A stretch of DNA of 63,418 bases, filler included, from Reticulomyxa filosa (GCA_000512085.1; 18 parts of 18 records of this genome joined end to end with filler, not necessarily neighbours in it), one strand, 5' to 3'. Counted from the whole stretch's first letter, positions 38,657 through 52,345 are shown. Numbers and translations: made by a program. Notes: generated by a model not told the origin, from the sequence alone.

Positions 38657-39629
38657 CTTTCTTTAAACAGCAAAAGTTTTTGTTTTTTTATTATTATTTG
38701 CTTGTTTCTTTTTTCTTGTATGAACTTTTAACTTATTGTGATTTGTTCCCTTTTTTTTTTTTTTTTTTTAATTAAGTTGGAGAAATTTTATACACTGTAC
38801 TTTTTTTCTTTTTTTCTCTCTCCCTACCTTTTGCTTTTTGTAAAAAATAGACAAGAGTAGAGAAGAGGAGAGAAAAAAAGTTACAACAACAATGACAACT
38901 AAAAAAAAAAAAATACGAAACAGAAAAAGGGGTGGGTTCAACAACATCCATCCTAAGTTGCCCTTGAAGTGTGCGTTTTTGTTATAATCTTTAAAAGCTC
39001 AAATGTATAGGTTGTGCGGATTTGTTTTGCTCTATTTTATTTTATTCTTTTCTCTTTTTTTTGTTTTGCTTTTTTGTTTTTAAAAAAAAAAAATCTCGAG
39101 TTTGCAACGGCAATTGCTCGGTGCGTCCATTTTTAAATTGTGTTGTGTGGTTTCAATTTCATTAAGATTTTTGTTTCCCCCTATTCCTCTCTAAAAGGGG
39201 GTACAGGGAGAGGTCGGTGCTTTTTTTTCTCCTCCCAATTCCTTTTCTGTTTTTTGCTTTTTTTCATTTGTCTTTTGTTTTTCAATAACATAAGACAAAA
39301 GCGAGAGAAATAAGAGGAGGGAATTTTCCTTTTCCTTCTTTGTGGTGATGTGCCCACAATCACTTTTCTTCCAATCTCTTTTGTCCTTGCGTGCTCGTTA
39401 TTTTTTTTATACTTTGGAAATTGGTGAAATAAGTTACGAAATTTCTTAAACCAAATAAAAGTCGGCTTTTCTATAAATTGAACGTGTTGTTAGAATGTTT
39501 GTTTATTATCGTATATAATCTGATTTAATCCTAATTTTTTCAACAAAATTCAACTTGCTGGTGTTAAAAACCTTAAACTAGGCACACGGAAATGTTTATT
39601 TGCCATCAAATCTTTTTGGAGAAATTAAT

Positions 39630-42224
39630 ATGGCGAAGTTCAACGAGAAAAAACGCTATTTGTTATCCCTGCGTTACAATATATTACATTTTTGTAAAGA
39701 AATGCCATTAGAATATAATAGCCATTGGTCAATGTACCTAATTGACGCATATACAATAACAATAACGACAGCAGATGTTTTAACGGATGGATTGGTGATG
39801 ATGGAATATTACAAGGAAAATCGACAAGTATTTTTTTGGATAGGAATAGGAAATTTGGTTGTAGTACAATTATGCTATTGTTATATGTTTATGGTAAACT
39901 ATGCCGCTGATAAAAACAACATGTATCGCCTTTTGATGGCATTGATTGTGCTTCCAATATCCCCTTTTCTGCCATTCATATTGTATTGGACCACTTTACC
40001 TGATAATTCATTATTAGTGCTATTTCACAAATTGGATTTATTAACAAATGAAAAAGTAGCAATGGGATTTCCCAACAAAAGGAACAAAGAAAATGTCACT
40101 TATATCAATGAGCAGATTGTTGAAAGGCTAGATGCAAACCTAGGCTTTGTAGTGGAGGCATTTGTAGAAGCATTCCCGCAAAGTTTGATACAATCGATCG
40201 CATTGATATATACATCTCAATTCAATCCTGTAAAAATTTTGTCCATTATGTTATCATTGATAAATCTTGTCACCAAATTGTTCATGTATTTTCCGTCGTT
40301 GCATTTGTCTTTATCTTTATTCAATTGTTTTTCAGTCCTTTGCGATCATGTTGGGATGTTTGTCATTTTGTGTTGGGTGTTTTTGGCACCGACGTATACT
40401 GGTAATCACTTGGAAGCATCATTTTTCACCACCTTTGGCAATGTATCCTGGTTTGGTCAATTGTGGTTTTGCAAAATATTTGTATGTAATTCGCTTTTGG
40501 CATTGAGTTTGCCTTTGATATTTTGTGGCAAAATAGCAACCAAGATTTATGCAGAATTGGTAGTGGGTAGGGAGCATTTGATTGGGCGTTGTGAACATGC
40601 TGCCATTGTCATTACTTTACTTCTGTTTGTTGTCATGGCATTTGGCGTGGGGAGTTTTGTGTTGTTTTTCGTTATTGAAATTCCATTTTTTAGTGCTATT
40701 GCGTTTCACTTTCATTTTGTCAGTGTAAAACGTTACAAGTATGCGCTCTAATCGTACTGATTATATAAATATATGTATATATGTGTGTATGTGAATATAC
40801 TATGTATGTATAAACATATACATACATACATATATGTATATATAAATATATCAAAAAAAAAACAAGTATTGATGCACGTGGACTTTGGAGAACCTCGGTG
40901 GAGTTTGTTGAAAAATCACAGATTCGTTGTCGATGCTTGCATGCTGTTGGATTGATAGCCAATTGTTGTCGTTGCTCCTGTTGCTCTTATCAGTGCTGTG
41001 ACTGTCGGCGATATTCCCGTGCAGAGGGTAGCGTCTTATCGAAGCAGTTGGCAGTGGAAGATACCTCAATGGAACTTGATCCACTTCAGCCTCGTGCAAA
41101 TGGTCAAGATCAATTACCTGTGCAAGAAGGGACCCAAGATATTGTCGATCCTTGGTGTTTCAATCACAGATTGCACGACACAGTTTTGAGATTGGCCGTT
41201 GTCAATTGGGTTTTCAGTAGTAGACGTATTATGGGGAACATGAAGTTGCACGGTTGTTTAAGTGAATGCATTTTCGGAGAAAGCATAGGTTTGGAAAAAT
41301 TGGCGAAAACAAATAATTTGAAACATGTGTGGAGAAGACTTGATTATGAAAGCGAAGAAGAAGAAGAAGGACAAGAGATAATACACAGTATTGCACCTTG
41401 GCATAAGTTGACTTTTGCACATTTGCGACATTTTAGTGGAAATGACGTACAAGTGACATTTTGTGGGATTTTGAAAGAATTTTATATTTGGCCGTTTTAT
41501 CGTGTGCTGCAAAGTAACTTTTATACTAACGCAAGGAATCTATCCGAGATCGCCAACGACGCATTTTATGTGAAGCATTTTTTTGCCTTGTTGTCACATT
41601 GTATTTGATTGGGCGTGTGTTCAATTTTGTCTTTCCATACATTTGTCTTGTGTATTATACAATCGTATTGAGTAATATGTTTTCTATTCCTCCTCTATTA
41701 TTGATCTCCACTTTGGTCAATGCTGTGCTCATTCTCATTTTTTTGGTTGCACTCCTTCCTTATGCATTTTGGTGGTATTGGTTATCGTGGCATATATTGC
41801 CAGGTTAATTGCTCATTTGTCTGCTTATTTTTATACTTATTTATTTAACTTGGGATATACACATACACACACAAAATGGCTGTCAGGTGATGACGTATAC
41901 ATTTTCGATTACATGCAGATCAAAGAACGTGCGCCCTTAGCTCACATGAAGCATATTTATGAAGCAATTGTCAACCAGCCAATAAAAGAACAAATTCTTA
42001 GGCAGTTTCTGGGAGCGGATATTGCTAGTGTGATTTGCTTATATTTGACAAAAGACTTTGATAGCAGGCTGATCGAATGGTACCAAGATCAATTTGTGTT
42101 TCAATTGAATTTCCCACGTGAATGGTGTGTGGGAGGTATTCTAGAGCTTGATCGTCCAGCCACTCACTTCCAGTCGGCTTGTCCAATATATCAATCGGCA
42201 AATGAAGGTTCTCAATCACTGTAA
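39630..42224 (+). CDS. XK-related multi-pass membrane protein with a long C-terminal extension
   Basis: ADVLTDGLVMMEYY first TM and EAFVEAFPQSLIQ (XK-family E..PQ..LQ motif); many TM segments; ORFs 39600-40751, 40898-41608, 41599-41808 and 41769-42224 linked by introns and one apparent frameshift. Confidence 0.65.
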
Positions 42225-43307
42225 TATTCGTTTTCAATACAGCTATGTTGAGACCTATACGTAGAATTGTTTTTTATGAGTTCGTTTGATTACAAAAAAA
42301 AAAATAAAAGCAAATTTTTGTTGTCTCCGACATCTATTTACCAATAAAAGCACTCTTCAGAGCGAGGCAAATAACAAGCAAAAACAAGCTGCTATGTTAG
42401 ATTATGTGATTGATAACTGTAACATGCATACATACTTTTGTACTGTTGTTGTTTTAATTGTCTCTAATTTATGATTTAGAAACATGAAGACTTGATATAA
42501 ATTTTCTACAAAGATATTTTCAACAACAGACAATTTAATTTTTTTGCAAACGATACCATGTATCAATGGCCAAAAATCAGCGTAATTGTACAACTATTTT
42601 CAAGTGAAAAAGTAAATTATTAAATTTTTTTAAAATTAAAAATAGTTTGTAATGAGACTGCAACCACATGTAGCTAAATTAACAGCTTTTTAAAGCTATA
42701 TATTTCATTTTCTAGAAGAATTATAGTTTTGTTGATTATGTGTGCATTCAAAAGATGTACAATTTATTGGAAACTTTACTTTCTTTTAAAACAAAGCTTT
42801 TATTGTAACATAAGTTATATTTATCAAAAGTATGAACATCTTTTTTGTGATTATCATTCAATTACATGTCAAGATTTATTCCTGATTATAAGCTTTGTAG
42901 AAAGCCAGCTTTTGATTGTGCAAACATTTACAATTACTTATCTTTTTTTAATCGAATATCAGTACTGTAGACATAGTGCTATCATATTTACAAATCAGTA
43001 CAAATCGAAAATCAATTTAAGTTTTGCAAAAGAAAACTCTTTAGCAGCAAGGAAACGCAAAGGTGTATCAATTAGTAGGGAAAAAAATTTGATCATCTTT
43101 GGATCAGGACAACGTCGATTGGAATGAGCGAAGTTTTGTCACCTTGAAAGATTTAGACCCAAATTATTTTTTCATTTATGGAACTTGTTTTGAACACACG
43201 CGGAACCAAATGAACAGGAACACAACGTAGAGTTTTTATCTCAATTTCTATTTTCGAACGACGATGTAGGAGCGGAAAGCAATGACTCGACTACAACAAA
43301 CAAAACG

Positions 43308-44630
43308 ATGACATGGGAGAGGCCAAGAGACGAAGCAAGGCCAACAAGAAGTAACAGAAATGAAGGAATTGAAAACAAGAACAAGGACATAAGCGGGATG
43401 GCAGAGAGCACCCAATCAAAACGGCAGCAAAAAAAGACAGGGATGAAGCGAACGCTTCAAGAATGTAGTGACGACGAAGAAGAAAAAAACCGATTGTTTC
43501 ACTTTTCCTCATTTTCGGCATGGGCATCGCCACCACAAAACAGAGGTTACCCAAACAGCAAAGCCCAGCTTGGCAATGTGAGTACCATGAACGCGCCCCT
43601 AAATTTTCCACCAATCAAAAAGCGACGCAAAAACGAGATGGAATCTAACCTTTGTGGCAACAGTTGAGTTCTACTTTTTCAAAAAAAAAAAAACCAACCA
43701 AGGTCCACACCCAATCAAAAAATTTTTTTAATTGGGTGTGCAAGTTGTGACAACCAACAAAAAAAAAAAAAAAAAAGGAACCAATGTGGAAGAGACAAAG
43801 ATGGAAGACATTCCCGATCTGACAGCGTTTTTGTTATCAAACAGTGACACGCAAAGCCCGAGAGAAAAGCGACGTCCAAGAAGAAGTGACGTCGGTCTGA
43901 TAGACGAGTGCAGCGAGAATGGCAGCGGTGGAAATGGCAGCAATCCGCTCGGTAACGTGCCATTGGAAGTGTTGGAGTACTTTAACGGCAGCGCGATGGA
44001 TGCAGACATTGTGAAGCTATTTGAGCAGTGGATCAAAGTGCACGACAAAGGGAAGGAGGAACGAAAGGAGAGCAACAGTAGCGGTGGTGGCGGCGGTGGC
44101 GGTGGCGGTGGTGAGGATGACAACAATAAGAACGGGAACACGACAATGGCACCGTCAGCAAATCCGACGGACCGAATGTGGGCGCTGGAAGAGCAGTTCT
44201 TTGAATGGAAGAAAGAGTACCCAGGAGTACTGCTGTTGATCGAAAACGGATACAAATACGAATGCTTCCACGTGGACGCGCTGATGGTAAGCACGTTGCT
44301 GCACGTGCGAACGACAGTGAAAAACGGCTGCCTGCTGAAAACACTGCTCCCTGCGGAACGCCTGTGGTTCTATGTGCGGAGACTGGTCGACTGCGGACTG
44401 CTCATTGGAGTAATCGAACAAATGACCACGGGCATGCAAAAGAGAAAAAACGACTTGGCCGACTTGCCATACAAACCGCCGTCCAGGACTATCGAACGCT
44501 GTCTCACTGGGCTTTACAGCAAAGCGACGTTCTTTGGAGAACACATTTCCACCATTCAAAGAGCAAAAGGCCAACATAAGCCTGCGCTTAAAAATAGCAA
44601 TCAGTTTCCTTCATCATTGTTTCCCCCCCC
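43308..44630 (+). CDS. MSH3: Mismatch repair protein MSH3, N-terminus and domain I; truncated
   Basis: LEEQFFEWKKEYPGVLLLIENGYKYECF..DA...RLWFYVRRLVDCG..IGVIEQ...RCLTGLYSKAT matches MutS domain I with the MSH3-type GYKY. Start codon uncertain. Confidence 0.85.
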
Positions 44631-45386
44631 NNNNNNNNNNNNNNNNNNNNNNNNNNNNNNNNNNNNNNNNNNNNTTAATTAATTAANNNNNNNNNNNNNN
44701 NNNNNNNNNNNNNNNNNNNNNNNNNNNNNNTTATGCGCGCAACTTATGTTTCAAGTTATAATTTTATTTTTTTTAATAATGTGGATTGAAACATGTATGA
44801 TCAATACACACGTATATAACATAGGTCCTATTGAGCAATTGGAAAGTTGTGGTTGTGCGACGCCACCGAGCAAGAGTGAGCGAAGTCAAACAACGTCAAG
44901 TTTGTTACATTGCAAGTATTTGACACTAGTCTCAATTTTTTTTGTTTTTTGTCCAATTGTTGCTTCTTTCCTTTTTTTTAAATAATAATTCAACCTCATC
45001 TCCTCAAATTTTATTCATCACAAAAAATTTCTGACTTTTAATATTTTAAAATTTAACCATTAATGAAAGTATTCAAAAATTAAAACGTACGTTATATGCA
45101 ATATAATGTGTATATTTAAGCAATACGCTAGTTTTTTATAAATTCCAAAGATTTTCTAATTTGTAGTTATAAAATTTTTTTGAAGTTTGATTTGCGGTTG
45201 TGAGAGTCGGTGACTGAAGAAAACAGAAGCGTTTTAAGCAAGAAGTCAGCCATAAAATTTTTTGAAACAAAAAGATATACATCTACTTATTTAAGAAACT
45301 TAAAACAAAAGCGCAACTGAACAGTATGTGAACTTTTTTTGTAATACAAGCCCCAAAAGCCACATATTTGCTAATCGTTGAAGCCA

Positions 45387-47369
45387 TTAAAAAATACCCA
45401 TGATAATAACAATCGTGGAATACACCATGACGGTAGTCGAAAATATCAAAATAAAGATAGCAATCCAGAAACTAGGAGAGTAAATTCGCAATTGACTCCA
45501 TTTGACTTTAAGGAATATAATCATGGGGAAAATATAGCATACAAACGATAAACCCAAAGAGCCGCACAAACCAAATAAATCATCCAAATTCGGGACTGCA
45601 ATATCCACAGAAATAACGACAACCACACCAATCAAACTCATTATTTCTCGGCGATGGTATACTGCCCAATCCCTCCATTTGGAAGGTGGTAACAAACAAA
45701 ACCATGCACTTTCCAGCTCAGGTTCAATGAGTACCTTTTTGTAAAGTTATTTAATATGTTTTTATTGTATTGAAAAAGGAAAGACAATAGATAACACAAG
45801 TTATATTTAGTTGTATTGTATAAACTGCAGAAATAGTGTGTAATCTCTCTCTTGTCTCGAGTTCTTCTTCTGGGATTTGTGGTGCTTTTTTGGCACACCA
45901 GCCGTACATATCCAGCAGAGTTTCTAAAGCATTCATCATAGGATAATTGATGACTGGATACAACAGAGTAATAACAATCACCAAAAAAAAGCAACAAAAG
46001 TAATCCAATAATTGCTAGGTGGAATGTTGTACAACGAATTGGGGTTTAAATTTTGGCCAAAAGTGCAAGCGACAACGCTTGCAACGAGAGCATAAATGGA
46101 AAAGCAAATCCCATTAGAAATAATAATCGCAGTTCGAATTTTGATGTGATTTCGTTGATGGATTTCCAGATACACGGGAAATAGCTCCAGTATTCCAGTG
46201 AACGCAAATGCGACAGTGGGTGCCGCCTTCCATAAATCAGTGTGCCAAAAGTGTGCTGTCGCTACCTTACTAAAGCCAATGGTCAAGCCCTGGCCCGGAA
46301 CGTTTGCAGGATACTTACCTTCTGCAAACTTGTTTAAACATGTGATCACCAATGATATGGCCGTTATCATCACCACAGTCACTGATAAAGTTCCTATTGT
46401 CCAGCCATGCATATTCATATAATTCGATGCTCATTTTGTGGCGAAATCATTAAAAAAAAAAAAAAAAAAAATTACAACACAACGTATACAAACGAAATAG
46501 CACATCTCTCTTAGACATACCAACGCTAGAAAGGCCGTGTAAGTTTCGTTGGAAAAGCCAGGGTGTGGTTAAGGAAAGCATGACGGCATACAAAATGGCA
46601 GTTTTGTCCCAATTGAACTCATACTCTCCCGATTCTCCCGTATAAAACCATTCGATCAAATCATGCAGCAATTGTCCAACCGTTTGAATGTGTGCACAAT
46701 TTCCCATCAAAAGAGCTATCATCATGAACACGGCCAAAAAGAACTCACCAATTCGGCCCATGCTCAATGACGCCAAATGTTCATAACCTGTTGCCTTACA
46801 TGTGCTTGGCTCCTCTGCACAGGATACTGCCGCTGTCATTGCAAAGGCGTTCATTGCCGCAAATATTGCTTGTTATCAAAGCAACACACAATACTTTGTG
46901 TCTTTTGTTTTATCTTGCAAAGAAAAAGAAAAAAAAAAAAAAAAAAAAACATTCACCAACCTAATAATAAGAGCCCAGGAATAACACCAACGAGCAACAA
47001 TACACTTGGCAATACAAATACCCCAACACCCAAGCTCACACTGCAAAGCATAAACGTTGCCACGAGTTGGCTTCCTTTGCTGGACTGCATTACCGTTTGG
47101 ACCTGTTCATTCTCACTTGTCGGACTTCCTGGAATTACATTAGTTAAGGCTACCCCAGCTTCCGGAATTGGAGGAATAAAGCCTACCACATATTGACGAT
47201 TTACTCGTTCGACATGGGGCACTAGTGACTGCTTGGAAGAATGAAATCTAGGATCACTGTAAGTCCGAACTGCTTTCCTGTCTTCCGAATTGTCCAAGAG
47301 GTTTGTTTGAACAGCTTGCAGCGAAAGAAATGCGGGATCGGCCAGTTGTTTGGGATTATCACGTTGCAT
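45387..47369 (-). CDS. Amino-acid transporter, Aa_trans (SLC38/SLC36-like) family; multi-exon
   Basis: ATFMLCSVSLGVGVFVLP (TM1), GYEHLA, PTVAFAFTG, TLLYPVINYP, VPNLDDLFGLCGSLGLSFVCYIFP; about 11 TM segments. Confidence 0.9.
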
Positions 47370-48100
47370 CGTCAGACGTATCACAAAAAGGCCCCTACAA
47401 AAGCGAACAAATTTCTGGCGTCTTGTACTAGAAAAGGTAACGTAAAATGTACAACTTTTTTTTATTATGGCAAATTACGTTATGAACAATAAACAATTGT
47501 TATCATATTATATTCGGTAATTTCCAATTTTTAACTTTCGTGTTCAGAAAAAACTGCATGAAAAAAAACATTTAAAACTAAATTTTTTAAAAATATATAC
47601 AAATATTATAGTTTTTACATTTAGATTTTTTGTTGTAATTTCAAAGTTTGACTTTTTAAAATGGTTTAATTGCAGGTGCTAATACAAGTTTAATTTATAT
47701 GTTCCTGCGAAATTTTCAAAAATTAGTGAAAAAGCATGCTTTTGATCAACCTAGAAAAAAGTCTTATAAAACCAACTTCATATTAAAAACTGCAGCAATC
47801 TATTCAAACAAATTAACATAATCCATGACTGGCAGATCACTGTATTTCAAGTATAAAAAGATTGTTAATTTTCATTGATGTAGTTGAAATTTGAATGTAA
47901 GAAAGAATATATTATTTTTCCTTTACAAAAATCTTGTAGCAAAGCAGTTGGAAAATCAAGACGTAATTACTTTGATTTTAACTTGTTAACTTTTTTTTCA
48001 NNNNNNNNNNNNNNNNNNNNNNNNNNNNNNNNNNNNNNNNNNNNTTAATTAATTAANNNNNNNNNNNNNNNNNNNNNNNNNNNNNNNNNNNNNNNNNNNN

Positions 48101-49681
48101 GAGGTTGATAAAACAACAAACGAATTGAAAACAAATCAGATGGGGCAAAATCTCTCGCAACCTTCCAACAATTTTCTTGATGGGCGCATTGAAATCTGGC
48201 AAAACTTCGATTGAGCGTGTGGTATTTCACAAGATGGAGCCTCATCAAACACTGTATAACGTCCAATCTACGCGTGAAATACGAATGACATTAATACAGT
48301 ACAACCCCTTGGTCCAATTTCAAATTGTCGATTTTCCAGGGAGTTTTGACTGCAGTGATCCCGATGTAAGGCCAGCCGAGATATTTGCATATTGCAGTGT
48401 ACTCGTATTTGTCGTGGATGCACAAGACCGTCCGTACACTGACGCACTCAAATATGTTGTTTCAACAATTGAAATTGCGCATTCAGTTTTGTTTTTTTTT
48501 GGAAATTTCTTAAGAATTTTCTCATTTTTTTTTTTTTTTTTTTAAAAAAAAAAATAGGTGAACAAATCAATTCAATTTTTTTTGCTAATTCACAAAGTAG
48601 ACGTGGAAACTTTTTTCAGTAACGAAAATAAATTTCGAACAAGACATGATATTCAATTCAAAATCTTTGAACAATTGACCGAAATAAACTTGAGTGAGCT
48701 GACAGTGGATTACGAGCTGACCTCGATTTATGATCAAAGCATATTCGAAGCTCTTTCCAAAGTAGTCAAGCAGTTGATTCCAAAAGACGTTTTAAGTTTT
48801 TTGGAGACAACTCTGAGCACACTAGTCAACGTTACGTAAACAAATAAGCAAATAAATAAATATGCGTATATATATATATATATATATGTATATTGGTGTG
48901 ATAATGATAGAAATGTGATATTGAAAAAGCTTACATATTCGACGTGCCATCGAAACTCTACATTGCCAAAGACTCATCCCCAATTGACTTTGAGGCGATA
49001 TCCTTGTGTTCGGATATGATCGACATTGTCATGGACTTGAGCGGTATTTATGGCGGCTATCAGTCTGCACCTGCTGGTAATGCCTCTGCTTTGGCAACCC
49101 ATCAATCCGGATTTGACGAAGAGTCTGACGCATTCATTACTTTACAAAGCAATTCCAACAACCAAATTTTGATGCTTCGAGAAGTGGGACAGTTAAAACA
49201 TTTTATTATTATTATTATTATTATTTTTTGTACATATTGCAAATTTGCAATGGGAAGCTACAATTTTTGTGTGTTTGCAAAATCAACATATAAACTGAAA
49301 TATACTTCACATAGGTATTTGGCTCTCGTTTGCTTAATGAAAAAGGCAGGGAATAAAGGCTTGCTCGAATACAACTTCAAAGTGTTTCGAAACCAAATCC
49401 AAAAACTTTTGAAAATGAACGAAGACTTTCAAAAAAAATCCAAAATCAAATCGACGGGTGGCTTGAGTGAAACTATCAATGAAACAGATAGCAAATCGAA
49501 TATTGAAAATACGCTCAATGGCACAACTTCCAAAAAATCATCCGCAACGATACCGTCGCTTGATAATTATTCTACAGAGAAGAACTTTTCTGGGGATGAC
49601 ATTGAAGGAATGCTCATTATGGATCCGCCTTCTGACACCTCTGGCAAGATTGACAAAAATGTTACTTCTGGTAACTTGTGA
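48101..49681 (+). CDS. RRAGC: Rag GTPase of the RagC/RagD (Gtr2) type, 5'-truncated
   Basis: IFLMGALKSGKTSIERVVFHKMEPHQTL, DFPGS, LVFVVDAQD, HKVD, LTSIYDQSIFEALSKVV, FDVPSKLYIAKDSSP, LCSDMIDIVMDLSGIYG, GLLEYNF. Confidence 0.93.
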
Positions 49682-50097
49682 TATCATCATGACTTTCTTA
49701 TATCCATTGTGTGGTTTTTTTTTTTATTTTGTTTTTTTTTTTGAAAATTTAAGAATTGCAATTACTCACGAAAACATTCGAAGTAACGTATTTGTTTATT
49801 TATTCTTTCTTTCTTTCTTTCTTTTGTTCTGGCCTGCCTTTGTCGTTTCGCTTGTCCCAAAAACTCAAACGCCACTACAATACATTTTGTATTTTTGGCC
49901 TAATGTTGTCCGCTCTACGTAGAACACTAACTTGCGTTTACACCACTGTTACTTATTCGTAGTTTCTTGTTTGCTTAAAATTGCAATCATGCGCATCTAC
50001 AATAACAACGGCACGACAGTGAGGTGCTGTCAAAGAGCACAGTGGACAAAAAAAAAAGGGGTAATATCTAATCATTGAATCTCCATTGAATAAATTT

Positions 50098-50717
50098 ATG
50101 TCAAGTCGTGTAGATCGTTTATTTATCCTGTTGCAAGATGAACACAATCCATTGGTTCGAAAAACAGCAGCAGAGCAAATTGGTGAAATAAGCAGCATCT
50201 CTCCCGACAAGACCAGCACACTGTTGCTCAAGGCAGTATCGCTACTGTTTGACAAAGTATGGGAAACCCGAGTAGCAGCAGGGAGTTGTATCCAAGAAAT
50301 TTGCAAGCACCACGCGGTGTACATGGCAGTGGCAAATGACGACAAAGCAGCATTGGAAGAAGCGTTGTTACCTTTTTTGAGGACGACAAAAGAGTTGAAT
50401 CGGAGCGAAATCCTAAGCAATGGAAAGAAGCTATTATCAAGTTTCCCAGACAATGAATCGGAAGAAAACAAAATCGACGAGTTTTTGATGACACCAAAGG
50501 CATTATCAGAAAAGAGTTTGCGATCGAAGTTGTTGTTGCAGCGCATCGGTCTCGCAAAAAGGACGCAAGAAGTCGGAACAAGTTGCTACGCATTATGGAG
50601 CCGCAAATGTATAATGTGAGTGATAACCCTGTCGCACTCAACAAAGAAAAAGAAAAAGATAAAGATAAAGATGATAATAATAAAGATGATGATAATAATA
50701 AAGATAATAATAATAAT
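50098..50717 (+). CDS. BTAF1: TBP-associated factor BTAF1/Mot1, N-terminal HEAT region; truncated
   Basis: MSSRVDRLFILL...VRKTAAEQIGEI...WETRVAAG...ILSNGKKLLSS matches the Mot1/BTAF1 N-terminus. Confidence 0.85.
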
Positions 50718-50817
50718 NNNNNNNNNNNNNNNNNNNNNNNNNNNNNNNNNNNNNNNNNNNNTTAATTAATTAANNNNNNNNNNNNNNNNNNNNNNNNNNN
50801 NNNNNNNNNNNNNNNNN

Positions 50818-51966
50818 TAAAGAAATAAAATCAGGATTTTTCATAAATCATGTAAGTACTTTTGATGATATTCAAATTGCACAAATGTGTAGAAGTGGTC
50901 AAGGATGCATTTTACATTTTCACCCTTCTATGAGAAGAGCATTAAACATAAAAAGCTGTGATGTATCATGGATATATCCATTCAGAAATGAACGTGAAAT
51001 TTTGTTTGCAAGGCCAATGATATATTTTAATAAAGATGAGAAAACACATAAAGAAGAATATGCATGGAATGCAAAAGTAGAGAGTGAAGATGAATATACA
51101 CAAATGATATTATTAACATGGGCAAGATATGATCAATTTATTCAACACACTTTGAAAATTAATGCGATATTAGATCATCCTACTGATTTAAATATTATTT
51201 ATGCTGCACTTGAATACTGTAATGAAGGAGATATAGATAAAACAGTCGTGTTGTTTTCTGAATTTGAAGAATGGAAATTAAAAGATAATAACGAACAAAA
51301 ATATAATGAAGAAAAGCATATTTTTATAGAAAAGCGTTGCTGTAATCATAATGTCAATCTATTTTATATGTTTCTTGTTGAAAAAGGATTTCTAAAGAAA
51401 CGAAATGCCATTGAAAAATTAATTTTATCTACAGTTAACAATGGCTTACCTTTTGTCGAAAAAGATAATATATTTTTTTCTATTTTGCCTTCTTTACCTA
51501 TTCCGCTTTATCAAAGTCAATGCGTAGTTCATGATCATGAAATATTGATATTTGGTGATTATTGTAATAACGAATGCTATTCATATCACACAATTAAACG
51601 TAAATATAAACGTATTTGTTCTTATCCGAATAATGTTAAATTAAATGGACATTGTGTAACAAAGCTTATGACTAATAATAATAATAATAATGCACATGAT
51701 GTCATCTTATTATCTTTTGGTGGATATCCAAGGCATACATTACTAATGAAATACATGAGTGTTTGGAGTGATATAAAAAATATTCAAAACGAACATAAAG
51801 AAAATCATATCAATGAGTGGGTACCTTTTCTAGATGATAAGAATGAACCAATTTCTATTGGCAGAGATAAAGATGATTATTTAGGATTGCGTGCAGTAAT
51901 TAGTGGTAGTAATAGTCATTTGTTATTTATTTCATATTTTCCAAATAACATTAGTGTATTCAATTT
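50818..51966 (+). CDS. Protein with a putative ADP-ribosyltransferase-like (R-S-E clade) segment, helical linker and kelch-like beta-propeller; both ends truncated
   Basis: FINHVSTFDDIQIA...GCILHF...CDVSWIYPFRNEREILF (S-T-x and E-x-E spacing), then LPSLPIPLYQSQCVVHDHEILIFG...CYSYH...GHCV...LLSFGG kelch-like blades. Confidence 0.6.
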
Positions 51967-52345
51967 NNNNNNNNNNNNNNNNNNNNNNNNNNNNNNNNNN
52001 NNNNNNNNNNTTAATTAATTAANNNNNNNNNNNNNNNNNNNNNNNNNNNNNNNNNNNNNNNNNNNNAAATATAATATAAAAAAAAAAGCCTCCTTTTTTT
52101 TCTTCTGATTCCTACAAAAAAGAGTACCACATTTGAAATATGTATGGATTGGAACATTTGAAGACTCACTAATAAATTGTGATGAAAAAGAAGTATGATG
52201 TGACTACTTGCTTCAGAATTATGTAAAACCTTATTTTGCACACAATCCCAATCAAATGGTATTCAGTGGAGTACATTGGATTATCAATCGTGTTCACTTC
52301 AAAGTTTAGGTAGAGTAGCGCAAAGATATTGCGATGAAGTCACAG

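Noticed and set aside
42286-43127. Short ORFs in AT-rich spacers (also 29255-29527, 58537-59173 and 62156-62377)
   Set aside because: No recognisable domains; composition matches intergenic DNA.
50570-50600. Isolated frame breaks in conserved genes (BTAF1 here; also the FYVE finger, XK-like gene and CUL3 exon 2) as recoding or pseudogenisation
   Set aside because: Single-base indels in otherwise well-conserved genes are best explained by sequencing error.
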